Source: an uncultured Mycoplasmatota bacterium
GTDB taxonomy: Bacteria > Bacillota_I > Bacilli_A > RF39 > UBA660
NCBI GenBank assembly: GCA_947574215.1
Contig: CANPIX010000005.1
Span: 1 to 51,467, forward strand
Reading direction: 5' to 3'
DNA: 51,467 nt
In this document: positions 39,018-47,358 of the stretch, piece by piece
Position numbering within the stretch: position 1 is the stretch's first letter
How the letters are laid out: each line of letters begins with the position of its first letter
Notes under the pieces: generated by a model
Seen by the model: only the letters and a program-made list of their open reading frames with translations
Databases searched by the model: none
What the model was told of the DNA's origin: nothing
Program-made: the position numbers and the translations under genes

Positions 39018-41570
39018 TTAAATATTATCGTTTCGAATTGTTTCTATAATATTTTGTTTATTAATTTTTGATAAAGAATATTTCATTATAATTCCTATAA
39101 TAATACTAACAAATACAACTACAATGATTAGAGGATATATAGGAATTTTGTATTCAAATTCCAAGCCACTTTTAAATGCCTTATAGATAAGATAAGACCC
39201 AGTAAGTCCTAAAGGAATACCAATGAGTAATGATTTTAATCCATAAAATATACTTTCTAAACGAATCATACGATTGAACTCACGTTTTGTCATCCCAACA
39301 CTTTTTAGCATTGCAAATTCTTTGCTTCTTAAATTCATATTGGTAGTAATGGTATTAAAAATATTTGTTATTCCAATTAGACTGATGACTGTTATAAATC
39401 CGTATAAGAAAATCGAAATAATTAAAACCATCGCATTTTCGGCTTTCATTTCTTCTTCGTAGTTTGTAAATCCAACATTTTCAAACAAGTCTTGTTCCTT
39501 GCTTAATGCAGTTACTTGTTCTTCCAATTGTTTAGTATCACTTGCCATCAAATACAATTCGCTAAAAGATGTTTTAAAGTTTTTATCAAAAACTTCATCA
39601 CTTACAATTAAGTACCCTTCAAAGTTAAAACTTCTTTCTAACCCCATAGGTCTAATATTGCTACGTACAACTTCAATTTCAAATTTATCTTCGGTTTCAT
39701 TTTCTTTTGTTCCTACAAAAACTTCGTTGTTTTTTATTTTGTACATATTTCCTAAGTAATTCTTTTTATTAATAGAATCTTTAAATTCGTCAATTAATAT
39801 CGCTTGATTCGTCCCTGCTTGCCCTATTTTTTTCAAATAATGATTGTATTCATCCTCTCCTAAGGCAACAACAGGAATCATTAATTTTTCAGAGTTTTCA
39901 CTATCCATACCATAAAGTCTTAACATTTCTTTTCCATAATCTGAGAATTGATTCCAATCAATAACTAATGAGTCATTTCTTAAAATAGAAGCACGTTCTA
40001 CTACATCCATTTTTGCAATTTGTTTAAACGCATCTAATTGATCTTTCCCCGTTTCATGGTTGCTATAAAAACGCATATTATAATCCATATTAACATAGTA
40101 CATACCAGCCATCTTAAAGCCAAACTCTATAAAAGAAGATAAAGATAAGAAAACAAAAATTGAAACGACAATCGAAATCACTGTAGTACGATATTTCTTT
40201 TTATTTCGTTTTAAATTTTTATAAGAAATAACCCCACCCATTTTAAATATTTTTTTTACCCAAAAAGGCGTTTTTAATTTTTTTCTTTTAATTTTAATAT
40301 CTTGATTACTACGAATAGCATCAATCGCTGAAATTCGCCCTGCTTTTCTTGCAATAAAGATAGTAGATAAATAAATAGTTACACTCGCAAGCAAAACAGA
40401 TAACAAAATAGGAAAAAACGGTATGCTATAAACAAACTGAATGCCTACTAAGAAATCGCCAACGATTAGATTAATTAAAAATACCAAAGTTACTATTGCA
40501 ATAATCCCACAAAGTATTCCTATTGGAATGGCAATAACTCCTAAAACAAATCCTTCGTACAATACATTTTTCTTAATTTGCTTGCTAGTTGCTCCAACAC
40601 TTCTTAACATTCCATACATTTTATATTTTTCTGTAATGGAAATAGCAAAACTATTTTTGATTACAAAAACACTGGATAGAATAATGATACCAATTACAAT
40701 GGAAGCCACCACATACAAAGACCTCATCGTTGCACTATCAGTAACGCCAAGCCAACGTAAGTAACTAGAATTAAATGAATAAGCGTAGGTATCTTCTACT
40801 ATATTTTTCGTTTTTGAATCGTAATGTTTTGGATCTTTAAAAAGTACAAATGCGTCTCCTTTTTCTTGAATTTCATCGGTATAAGTAATTGCGGTATATC
40901 CAGGAGCAGCATAATCTTCAAAAACATAATTTGGACGTTTCATAATCCCTACAATGGTATAAGTACATTCTTGTTTTTTTGAAAATCCTTCTATTACTTT
41001 TTCTTTTACTAAACTTTCTTGATTTTCTTCTGTTTCTGTAACTAATGGATTATTTTGGTTTAAAATAAAGGTTTGACCATTATCGACTAGTGTACGATTT
41101 CCAATAGAAAAAGTAATTGTATCTCCAACTTTACCTGTAAATCCACCACTATCTATTGCGTGATTGGCTATTACAATTTCTTGTTCATTTTCAGGAAGTC
41201 TTCCTTCTAACATTTTAATTCCTAAATGATGTAAAGCTTTATCATTATACGCCGAAATATATAAATAAGGTTTAAACATATTTTCAGAAGGAAAAAGTGC
41301 ATACCCAATTTCATTACGCAAGTAATAATCTTGAATATCTCGATTTTCTTCTAATGCTAAAATTCTTTCTTTAGGCAAATCTTTAATCATAACATGATAG
41401 TATCCATCACTATCGATTGCATCATTGATTAAAGTTTTTTGAAAACTAGTAACCATCCCCGATACACATACAATTAAGGAGGTTGACAGCATGATACCAA
41501 TAATTGTTACAATTGTTCTTTTTTTATTTAATGTCAAATTTCTTTTGGTTAATCTTTTTAAAACATTCAT
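39018..41570 (-). CDS. ABC exporter permease (FtsX/MacB-like, duplicated)
   Basis: KKRTIVTIIGI, GMLRSVGAT, FAMLKSVGMT. Confidence 0.92.
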   Translation of the reverse strand: MNVLKRLTKRNLTLNKKRTIVTIIGIMLSTSLIVCVSGMVTSFQKTLINDAIDSDGYYHVMIKDLPKERILALEENRDIQDYYLRNEIGYALFPSENMFKPYLYISAYNDKALHHLGIKMLEGRLPENEQEIVIANHAIDSGGFTGKVGDTITFSIGNRTLVDNGQTFILNQNNPLVTETEENQESLVKEKVIEGFSKKQECTYTIVGIMKRPNYVFEDYAAPGYTAITYTDEIQEKGDAFVLFKDPKHYDSKTKNIVEDTYAYSFNSSYLRWLGVTDSATMRSLYVVASIVIGIIILSSVFVIKNSFAISITEKYKMYGMLRSVGATSKQIKKNVLYEGFVLGVIAIPIGILCGIIAIVTLVFLINLIVGDFLVGIQFVYSIPFFPILLSVLLASVTIYLSTIFIARKAGRISAIDAIRSNQDIKIKRKKLKTPFWVKKIFKMGGVISYKNLKRNKKKYRTTVISIVVSIFVFLSLSSFIEFGFKMAGMYYVNMDYNMRFYSNHETGKDQLDAFKQIAKMDVVERASILRNDSLVIDWNQFSDYGKEMLRLYGMDSENSEKLMIPVVALGEDEYNHYLKKIGQAGTNQAILIDEFKDSINKKNYLGNMYKIKNNEVFVGTKENETEDKFEIEVVRSNIRPMGLERSFNFEGYLIVSDEVFDKNFKTSFSELYLMASDTKQLEEQVTALSKEQDLFENVGFTNYEEEMKAENAMVLIISIFLYGFITVISLIGITNIFNTITTNMNLRSKEFAMLKSVGMTKREFNRMIRLESIFYGLKSLLIGIPLGLTGSYLIYKAFKSGLEFEYKIPIYPLIIVVVFVSIIIGIIMKYSLSKINKQNIIETIRNDNI

Positions 41571-42247
41571 GCGTTTCTCTCATCCTTTATAATTTTACCG
41601 TCATCAATTGTGATAATTCGATCCGCTACACTTGCAATTTCCAAATCGTGTGTAATCATAATAACGGTTTGTTTATACTTTTTATTTGACATTTTTAAAA
41701 GAGAAACAATTTCATCACTAGCTTTAGAATCCAAATTTCCTGTTGGTTCATCCGCTAATACAATAGCTGGATTGTTAATTATTGCACGCCCAATAGAAAC
41801 TCTTTGCTGTTGTCCTCCGGACAATTCATTTGGCAAATGCGTACTTCGATTGGTTAAATTTAAAGTGCCTAAAACTTCTTCCAGTCGATCTTTAGGTAAT
41901 TTAACATTATCCAAATCACAAGGAAGCATAATATTTTCTTTTACATTTAATATCGGAATCAAATTGTAAAATTGATAAATAATTCCAATTTGCCTTCTTC
42001 TAAATATAGCCAAATTATCATCACTTAAAGAGTAAATATCTACACCATCAATGCATACCTTCCCACTAGTAGGTCGATCAACTCCACCAAGTAAATGTAA
42101 AAGAGTTGATTTTCCACTTCCACTTGCACCAACAATTGCTACAAATTCCCCCTTTTCAATAGAGAAATTGATATGATCAACCGCATTAATTTTCATATCC
42201 CCGTTTCCATAAGTTTTTGTTAAGTTTTCAACTTTTAATATTTCCAT
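41567..42247 (-). CDS. ABC transporter ATP-binding protein (LolD/MacB-like)
   Basis: GASGSGKS, LSGGQQQRV, LADEPTGNLD. Confidence 0.95.
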   Translation of the reverse strand: MEILKVENLTKTYGNGDMKINAVDHINFSIEKGEFVAIVGASGSGKSTLLHLLGGVDRPTSGKVCIDGVDIYSLSDDNLAIFRRRQIGIIYQFYNLIPILNVKENIMLPCDLDNVKLPKDRLEEVLGTLNLTNRSTHLPNELSGGQQQRVSIGRAIINNPAIVLADEPTGNLDSKASDEIVSLLKMSNKKYKQTVIMITHDLEIASVADRIITIDDGKIIKDERNA

Positions 42248-42271
42248 AATTTTTTTCCTTTCTTCAAAATA

Positions 42272-42303
42272 AGTATATGAAGGAATTGTGACAATGAAGT
42301 GAC
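42272..42303 (-). promoter_or_regulatory. Putative OmpR-type direct-repeat box and -10 element
   Basis: GTCAC-N6-GTCAC (11-bp period; 42288-42303) upstream of TATACT (42272-42277). Confidence 0.45.
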
Positions 42304-42457
42304 TGACTCATTTTTTATTTAAATCACTTTTTAAATTCATTTTACCTAAACCCAAAAAAATAATATCTATTTTTTATAAAAAAAACGTTTCTTAAATATT
42401 AAGAAACGAATTTTATTCAAAATTTTGAAAATTAATAAGAACTTTAGTTTTTTATTA

Positions 42458-42811
42458 TTATCTACTATTTCCCTTATTAATTTCTTCTAAAGAAACATGT
42501 ACAGCATCATAACTATTTTCTTTATTATTTTTTTTCATTTCAATTAGAACGTTTTCTAAGCAACCATCCATAACTTGCAATAATTTTTGTTTTTCTTCCT
42601 CAGTAGAGACAGGAACTTGTTCTATCAAAATTTTATTTGTATGCAAAAGAGTAGAACGCATAGAAAGAGTATCATAAATTAAATTCATTACCATTTCTTC
42701 TGTTAATGTTTCCCCAACCAAAGCATTCAATTTTTTTGCAAATAATTCTAATTCCGTATTAACTGCTGTATTTCTTACTAAAAAAGTATTTAAATCTTTA
42801 TTGGATATCAT
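42458..42811 (-). CDS. Hypothetical helical protein
   Basis: AGGAGAGG RBS before ATG 42811; hairpin downstream near 42385-42408. Confidence 0.7.
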   Translation of the reverse strand: MISNKDLNTFLVRNTAVNTELELFAKKLNALVGETLTEEMVMNLIYDTLSMRSTLLHTNKILIEQVPVSTEEEKQKLLQVMDGCLENVLIEMKKNNKENSYDAVHVSLEEINKGNSR

Positions 42812-42941
42812 TTTATCCTCTCCTTTTCTATCGTATTTAATTATAAAAAAATTTTTTAAAAAAAACAATTTCTTTTATAAAAATTAGTATCTGCCTTTAT
42901 CGGCATATAAAAAATAGCATTTCAACTATTTTATATCAAAT

Positions 42942-43017
42942 TGGCTGCCCCAGTAGGATTCGAACCTACGGAATGTCGGAGTCAGAATCCGATGCCTTAC
43001 CGCTTGGCTATGGAGCA
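42942..43017 (-). tRNA. tRNA-Gln (anticodon CUG)
   Basis: Cloverleaf TGCTCCA/TGGGGCA acceptor stem, D-loop CCAAGCGGTAAGG, anticodon loop TTCTGAC, GTTCGAATC, encoded CCA. Confidence 0.96.
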
Positions 43018-43026
43018 ATAAAAAAA

Positions 43027-43317
43027 TTATTTTATTTCTTCTAATCTTTTTTTTATCAAAAGACACAGATCCAAAGGACCATTTATCTTTCGAAGCACTA
43101 GCAAACTATCCTGTAACTTTCTTTTTAAAGAAACTTGATCTTTAATTTTTTCTGTTTCTCCTTTATAATCATAATTCAAAATTGGATTTTGAGCAACATA
43201 TTTTTCTATGTATTCTTCTATATCTTTTAATATGAATTCTTTTAATTTGTATTCATCCATTTCTATTATGCCAAAATAGCCACCAATTAACAATTTAAAT
43301 TCATCTTCTAAAGTCAT
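43027..43317 (-). CDS. Hypothetical protein
   Basis: 96-aa ORF with AAGGAG RBS and TGTTATAAT extended -10 upstream; ends 9 nt before the tRNA. Confidence 0.75.
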   Translation of the reverse strand: MTLEDEFKLLIGGYFGIIEMDEYKLKEFILKDIEEYIEKYVAQNPILNYDYKGETEKIKDQVSLKRKLQDSLLVLRKINGPLDLCLLIKKRLEEIK

Positions 43318-43349
43318 TTAAATACTCCTTTTTCTGTATTATAACATAA

Positions 43350-44225
43350 TTACTTCTTTCGTATTTTAATTTCATCATCTTCTTTTAAATGACCAAATAG
43401 TAAAGAAGAATTTCTATCATGTTTTAATCGATTTTCTTTTACTTTTTTTTCTTCAAAATTAGCATAACAGTATTTACATAAATGGTTGCAAGTATTATAT
43501 ACTCCTATATCCACTAAACTTACACAACCACAATTCCGAGCACTCCATTTTGGAAATTTCTTACCCGTCAACTGATAAGCGTAATTTTTAGAAATACACG
43601 GTTCATTTTTGATTCCATATTTTTCTAAATCACCTTCATTACAACTTTGAATTAGCACACCATGCTCTTTCCCTATTCTATAAAAATTTAAAGCAATCTG
43701 TTCTACATCTTCATCTTTTATTTCTAGTAACTGCATTTCTTCTTGATTGTTTAAAACATTTTTGTAAGTATCTACAAAAGAAATAATTATATGATTTACA
43801 AATCCTTTTAAAGTATTACAAAGCTTTTCAAAAGCTTTTATATGATATTCGATTGAATACTTGGAATTTAATAAAATTGGATCATAACGTACAAACAAAT
43901 TCTCTTTTCCAATAATTTCGGATAATTTTTTTATCCCTTCTATTATTTTTTTCTTATTCAAAACATTTGGCTCAATATCATTTTGATAAGGAGTTAAAGT
44001 TACTTGAAATACAATTGGCAATCGAATTTCTTTTAAATAAGAAAGTATAGGTAAAGGATTTTTTGTACAAAAAACAAAAAGATCAACATCTCGAAAAAAG
44101 ATACGACTTACCATTTTTGGATAAAATGGATTACGAACATCCACAAAACCTTCTCGAATTCTATTAAGTAACCATGGTGTATAAAAAGCCACTATATCCG
44201 TTCTACCACTTATGTAAAGTATCAT
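43350..44225 (-). CDS. DUF1848 domain protein (radical-SAM-like)
   Basis: ISGRTDIVAFY, TKNP, RYDP, DIGVYNTCNHLCKYCYAN. Confidence 0.9.
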   Translation of the reverse strand: MILYISGRTDIVAFYTPWLLNRIREGFVDVRNPFYPKMVSRIFFRDVDLFVFCTKNPLPILSYLKEIRLPIVFQVTLTPYQNDIEPNVLNKKKIIEGIKKLSEIIGKENLFVRYDPILLNSKYSIEYHIKAFEKLCNTLKGFVNHIIISFVDTYKNVLNNQEEMQLLEIKDEDVEQIALNFYRIGKEHGVLIQSCNEGDLEKYGIKNEPCISKNYAYQLTGKKFPKWSARNCGCVSLVDIGVYNTCNHLCKYCYANFEEKKVKENRLKHDRNSSLLFGHLKEDDEIKIRKK

Positions 44226-44538
44226 AACTATTCCTTCTTTAAAAAATATTATAACAAATACTTATAATTTCAAAATAGAAAAAATTACCAAAAATTTAAT
44301 TAAAATTTTTCTTATATTTCTTAGAGAATTTTTTTACAAATTGTTATAAAATAGCGAAAAAAAATAATATCAAATACCTATGAACTTTATTTTGGTAAAT
44401 TTAATGATTCAGCTAATGTAGTAATAATTTACAATTTTTCATCATTTTACAACAAAATTTATAAATAATAATCAATATATATTAAATTTAACAATTATGA
44501 TGTATAATAGTTTCCAATTATGAAACAGGTGGTATTCT

Positions 44539-44700
44539 ATGTCAAATGTATTAGAAAAAATTTCAAACAGTGTACTCAATACTAAAAATATAAAAATAAT
44601 TATAATCTCTAATCATTTCTTTAAAGATTCCTCCCTATCAATTTCTTTTTTGAGTACATTAAATCATAGACACCAACCTTTCTATGATTTTTTCTTATAA
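44539..44700 (+). CDS. Possible 53-aa small ORF or gene remnant (not in the ORF track)
   Basis: TATAAT at 44503-44508, AGGTGG RBS, ATG 44539 to TAA 44700. Confidence 0.3.
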   Translation: MSNVLEKISNSVLNTKNIKIIIISNHFFKDSSLSISFLSTLNHRHQPFYDFFL

Positions 44701-44769
44701 AACGAAAAAAACAATCATTTCGATTGATTCTATATCTAAAAGTTCGGATAGTTCGAACAGATTCGTCAA

Positions 44770-44785
44770 TGGTGCCCAAGAGAGA
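44770..44785 (-). mobile_element. tRNA 3'-end fragment, putative att site (island boundary)
   Basis: Minus strand TCTCTCTTGGGCACCA = T-stem 3' strand + acceptor strand + discriminator + CCA, with no rest of the tRNA. Confidence 0.6.
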
Positions 44786-44811
44786 AGTACAACAACTTTA
44801 AAAGAAAATAA

Positions 44812-44841
44812 ATAGTCAGTAATAATTTATTAACTGACTAT
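44812..44841 (-). terminator. Terminator-like hairpin after the HAM1 gene
   Basis: ATAGTCAGT...ACTGACTAT inverted repeat. Confidence 0.6.
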
Positions 44842-44847
44842 AGTATA

Positions 44848-45465
44848 TCAAATGTTCATATCTTTTACCAATCGTTTTGTACCTAAATAATTTTTTTTGT
44901 ACCACTCTATAAATTGTTCTTTGGCTGAAATATGCCCATCACGCCGATTTATTCTCTCTTCATCAGTCATCTCTGCTAATGTTTTAACAGAATCTTTTGG
45001 TTGAAATACATACCACAAGCTAGAACGCATTGCCTTATTTTCTTTTCCTCTTTTTTCATAGGTTATGATTCCTTCATCTTTACCATAGAAACAATAAAAT
45101 TCTGTTCCATCATAGAAAGTTAAGCAGTCTAAGAATTGACAACTTCTATCTTCGACATCTTTTAAAGTCTTTAATAATCCATCTATATCCTCAGATATTC
45201 CACTTCTCCTTACAAACGCACCAGGATATCCAGGATTATTAGGGTAATTATGAATGTTAAATCCTGAATCAATTACAAAACAAGGTTTTCCTAAAATTTG
45301 GTAGGCTTGCATTACTTTACTCTTTGAAACAGTTTCTATATCATTCACTTCTGGTTCTTGAAAATCCATTTTCATAATTTCAATAGGTATTTGCTCTCTA
45401 TTAAATCTTTCTTCAATTTCAAATCCTTTATTTATATTTCCTGTTACGAATGTTATTGTCTCCAT
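44848..45465 (-). CDS. Divergent HAM1/ITPase-family NTP pyrophosphatase
   Basis: FVTGNINKGFE, IDSG, PG, TLAEM motifs; GFGYDP and SHR motifs replaced. Confidence 0.85.
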   Translation of the reverse strand: METITFVTGNINKGFEIEERFNREQIPIEIMKMDFQEPEVNDIETVSKSKVMQAYQILGKPCFVIDSGFNIHNYPNNPGYPGAFVRRSGISEDIDGLLKTLKDVEDRSCQFLDCLTFYDGTEFYCFYGKDEGIITYEKRGKENKAMRSSLWYVFQPKDSVKTLAEMTDEERINRRDGHISAKEQFIEWYKKNYLGTKRLVKDMNI

Positions 45466-45466
45466 A

Positions 45467-46498
45467 TTACAACTCTCCTTTAAAATTATACATTTTTTTA
45501 ACTAGTCCTGGATTATATTCTGGCATTGTTAAATCAATATTTTTATCATCAGCTATCTTTTTAGATAAAAAATACATTTGAAGTGTTAAGTAATATTCTT
45601 TCCAAAATATATTTTCATCTAAATCATCTGTATTAAATACAGTCAAATTAGAATATTCATTATTTATAGAGTTAATAAGTAGGTGATCTAAACCTTTTAA
45701 TTCATGAGTTAAATAAATTATATGACTATTCGGATACCTAAATAACAAATTACTTCTTCCATGACAATAAGATCCTTTATCATGAATTACAGGTGCAGAT
45801 AGACCAACTTCAGCTAAATTAGATTCTAAAACACTACCAGATGTCTTAGTTTCATATCCACTCATTATTTGAACTAAAGATGTATCTTTAAAATCAAACT
45901 GTAATCTATCTATTTTATCTGCACTTCTAATTAGCAATTCTTTTATCTTATCGTTTATTCTTTTGATTTCATTAGAACCTATTTCTAAATTTAATGATGT
46001 AGTTGAATCAAGTAGTAATGTAATCGGTCCTAAGCTAGTTGCCAATGAGATAAAACTTTTTTCTCTTTCATAGAGTTTATTTCCCCAAGAAATCACTTTA
46101 TAATCTATATCTTTTTCCTTCTCACAAATTAGATATTTTTTTCCTTTAAAACTTGTAAGTGCTTCCTCTATACCATTCGTACTTCCACTAGCTGAAATAG
46201 CAATCAAATTAGAAAAACTATCTCTATTTGCCTTATAAAAATAATCTCTTGGTTCAATTACTTCACAAATAATTCTAGTAAAACCTAATCTTTCTATAAT
46301 AAGCTGTAAATAATATGCAATAACTTTAGAGCCACCTGTTGCCATAATCAGAGTTGGTTTATTTTCGATAGTTAATTCGTATAACATTTCTCTAATATTA
46401 TTGAATTTTCCTAGAAATGGATCATTTATTGCCATTATTCTTTCTTCTAACCTAGAAAAATTTATTTTTGTTGGTTCTGTATGTGTATGTTTGATCAT
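45467..46498 (-). CDS. Double-SIS-domain sugar-phosphate-binding protein (GlmS-C/FrlB-like fold)
   Basis: ATGGS, ISASGST phosphate loop, ESNLAE, YCHGR. Confidence 0.7.
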   Translation of the reverse strand: MIKHTHTEPTKINFSRLEERIMAINDPFLGKFNNIREMLYELTIENKPTLIMATGGSKVIAYYLQLIIERLGFTRIICEVIEPRDYFYKANRDSFSNLIAISASGSTNGIEEALTSFKGKKYLICEKEKDIDYKVISWGNKLYEREKSFISLATSLGPITLLLDSTTSLNLEIGSNEIKRINDKIKELLIRSADKIDRLQFDFKDTSLVQIMSGYETKTSGSVLESNLAEVGLSAPVIHDKGSYCHGRSNLLFRYPNSHIIYLTHELKGLDHLLINSINNEYSNLTVFNTDDLDENIFWKEYYLTLQMYFLSKKIADDKNIDLTMPEYNPGLVKKMYNFKGEL

Positions 46499-46524
46499 TA
46501 TAAAATCTCTCCTTTGTTAATTAC

Positions 46525-46557
46525 ATTTTAACAAAAGAAAAGGAAATATATATGTCA
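46525..46557 (-). promoter_or_regulatory. Extended -10 plus putative WYL operator upstream of the SIS gene
   Basis: TGACA-TATATA-TTTCC (46542-46557) upstream of TGTTAAAAT (46525-46533). Confidence 0.45.
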
Positions 46558-47034
46558 GTTATAAAAATTTTCCAATAATTTTATAGTTTTAATTCTATTA
46601 ATATAAAAATGTCTAATTTCTTCCTTTGATTCACAATAGGCAGCTACTCCCCACTCATTACCAAGTATAATTAAATCATAAGGATGAATTGTTCTTTCTG
46701 ATATATTTTTTCCATTTTTAGAATAATACTCTATAAAACATTTTCTTTTTTCCTTAATCGCTCTATTTATTAAATTAAAGAAGTCTTTATTTTTTACATC
46801 AATTTCATTTGGTGTTATAAATCTTTTAGGAACATTTATATTTTGATTTAACACATACCCTCCATAAGGGCCTTTAATAGTATCAATATAAATTCCTGCT
46901 TTTTCTATTTCATCTTTATACACTCGAATCATTCTTGGAGTGACTTCTAGTTTTTCAGATAATTCAGCTATGCTATATTTTTTTCCTGAGTTTAAATATT
47001 CAAACATTGTTAACACATTACTAATTTTAGACAT
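46555..47034 (-). CDS. Minimal wHTH-WYL transcriptional regulator
   Basis: ELSEKLEVTPRMIRVY..GPYGGY wHTH; ERTIHPY..WGVAAYC..IRHFYINRI WYL; only 159 aa, no WCX domain. Confidence 0.9.
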   Translation of the reverse strand: MSKISNVLTMFEYLNSGKKYSIAELSEKLEVTPRMIRVYKDEIEKAGIYIDTIKGPYGGYVLNQNINVPKRFITPNEIDVKNKDFFNLINRAIKEKRKCFIEYYSKNGKNISERTIHPYDLIILGNEWGVAAYCESKEEIRHFYINRIKTIKLLENFYN

Positions 47035-47210
47035 ATAGCTCCTCCTGAATTGAATACAATTTATTATAACATATCAAAACAATTTATTGTTTTCACACGT
47101 TTATTGATTATGTCAATGTACAAGTGTGTTTATTAAATTGGCAGATTCAATTTAATTTCTATAAATATTTTACCATAATTTTAAACATATTAAAACTCGA
47201 AACATAAAAG

Positions 47211-47358
47211 TGAAGTTGTAAAATAAAAGTAGACAGTAGAAACACTGTTTGCTTTTTCTTTTGCTATAATTACAGTAAGGAGATGATAAAAATGGCAAGT
47301 AAAGGTCAAAAATTTAAACATTGGACAGCTGAAGAAAAATATGAAGTTATTAAACCAT
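47211..47358 (+). mobile_element. IS3-family (IS150-like) left-end remnant with the first ~22 codons of OrfA
   Basis: TGAA...AAAAGTAGACA IRL-like start, TGCTATAAT, AAGGAG RBS, MASKGQKFKHWTAEEK; breaks off into copA antisense. Confidence 0.6.

Noticed and set aside
44848-46498. Kongming defence system
   Set aside because: HAM1 is present but no adenosine deaminase or Sir2 partner is seen; the neighbour has SIS motifs
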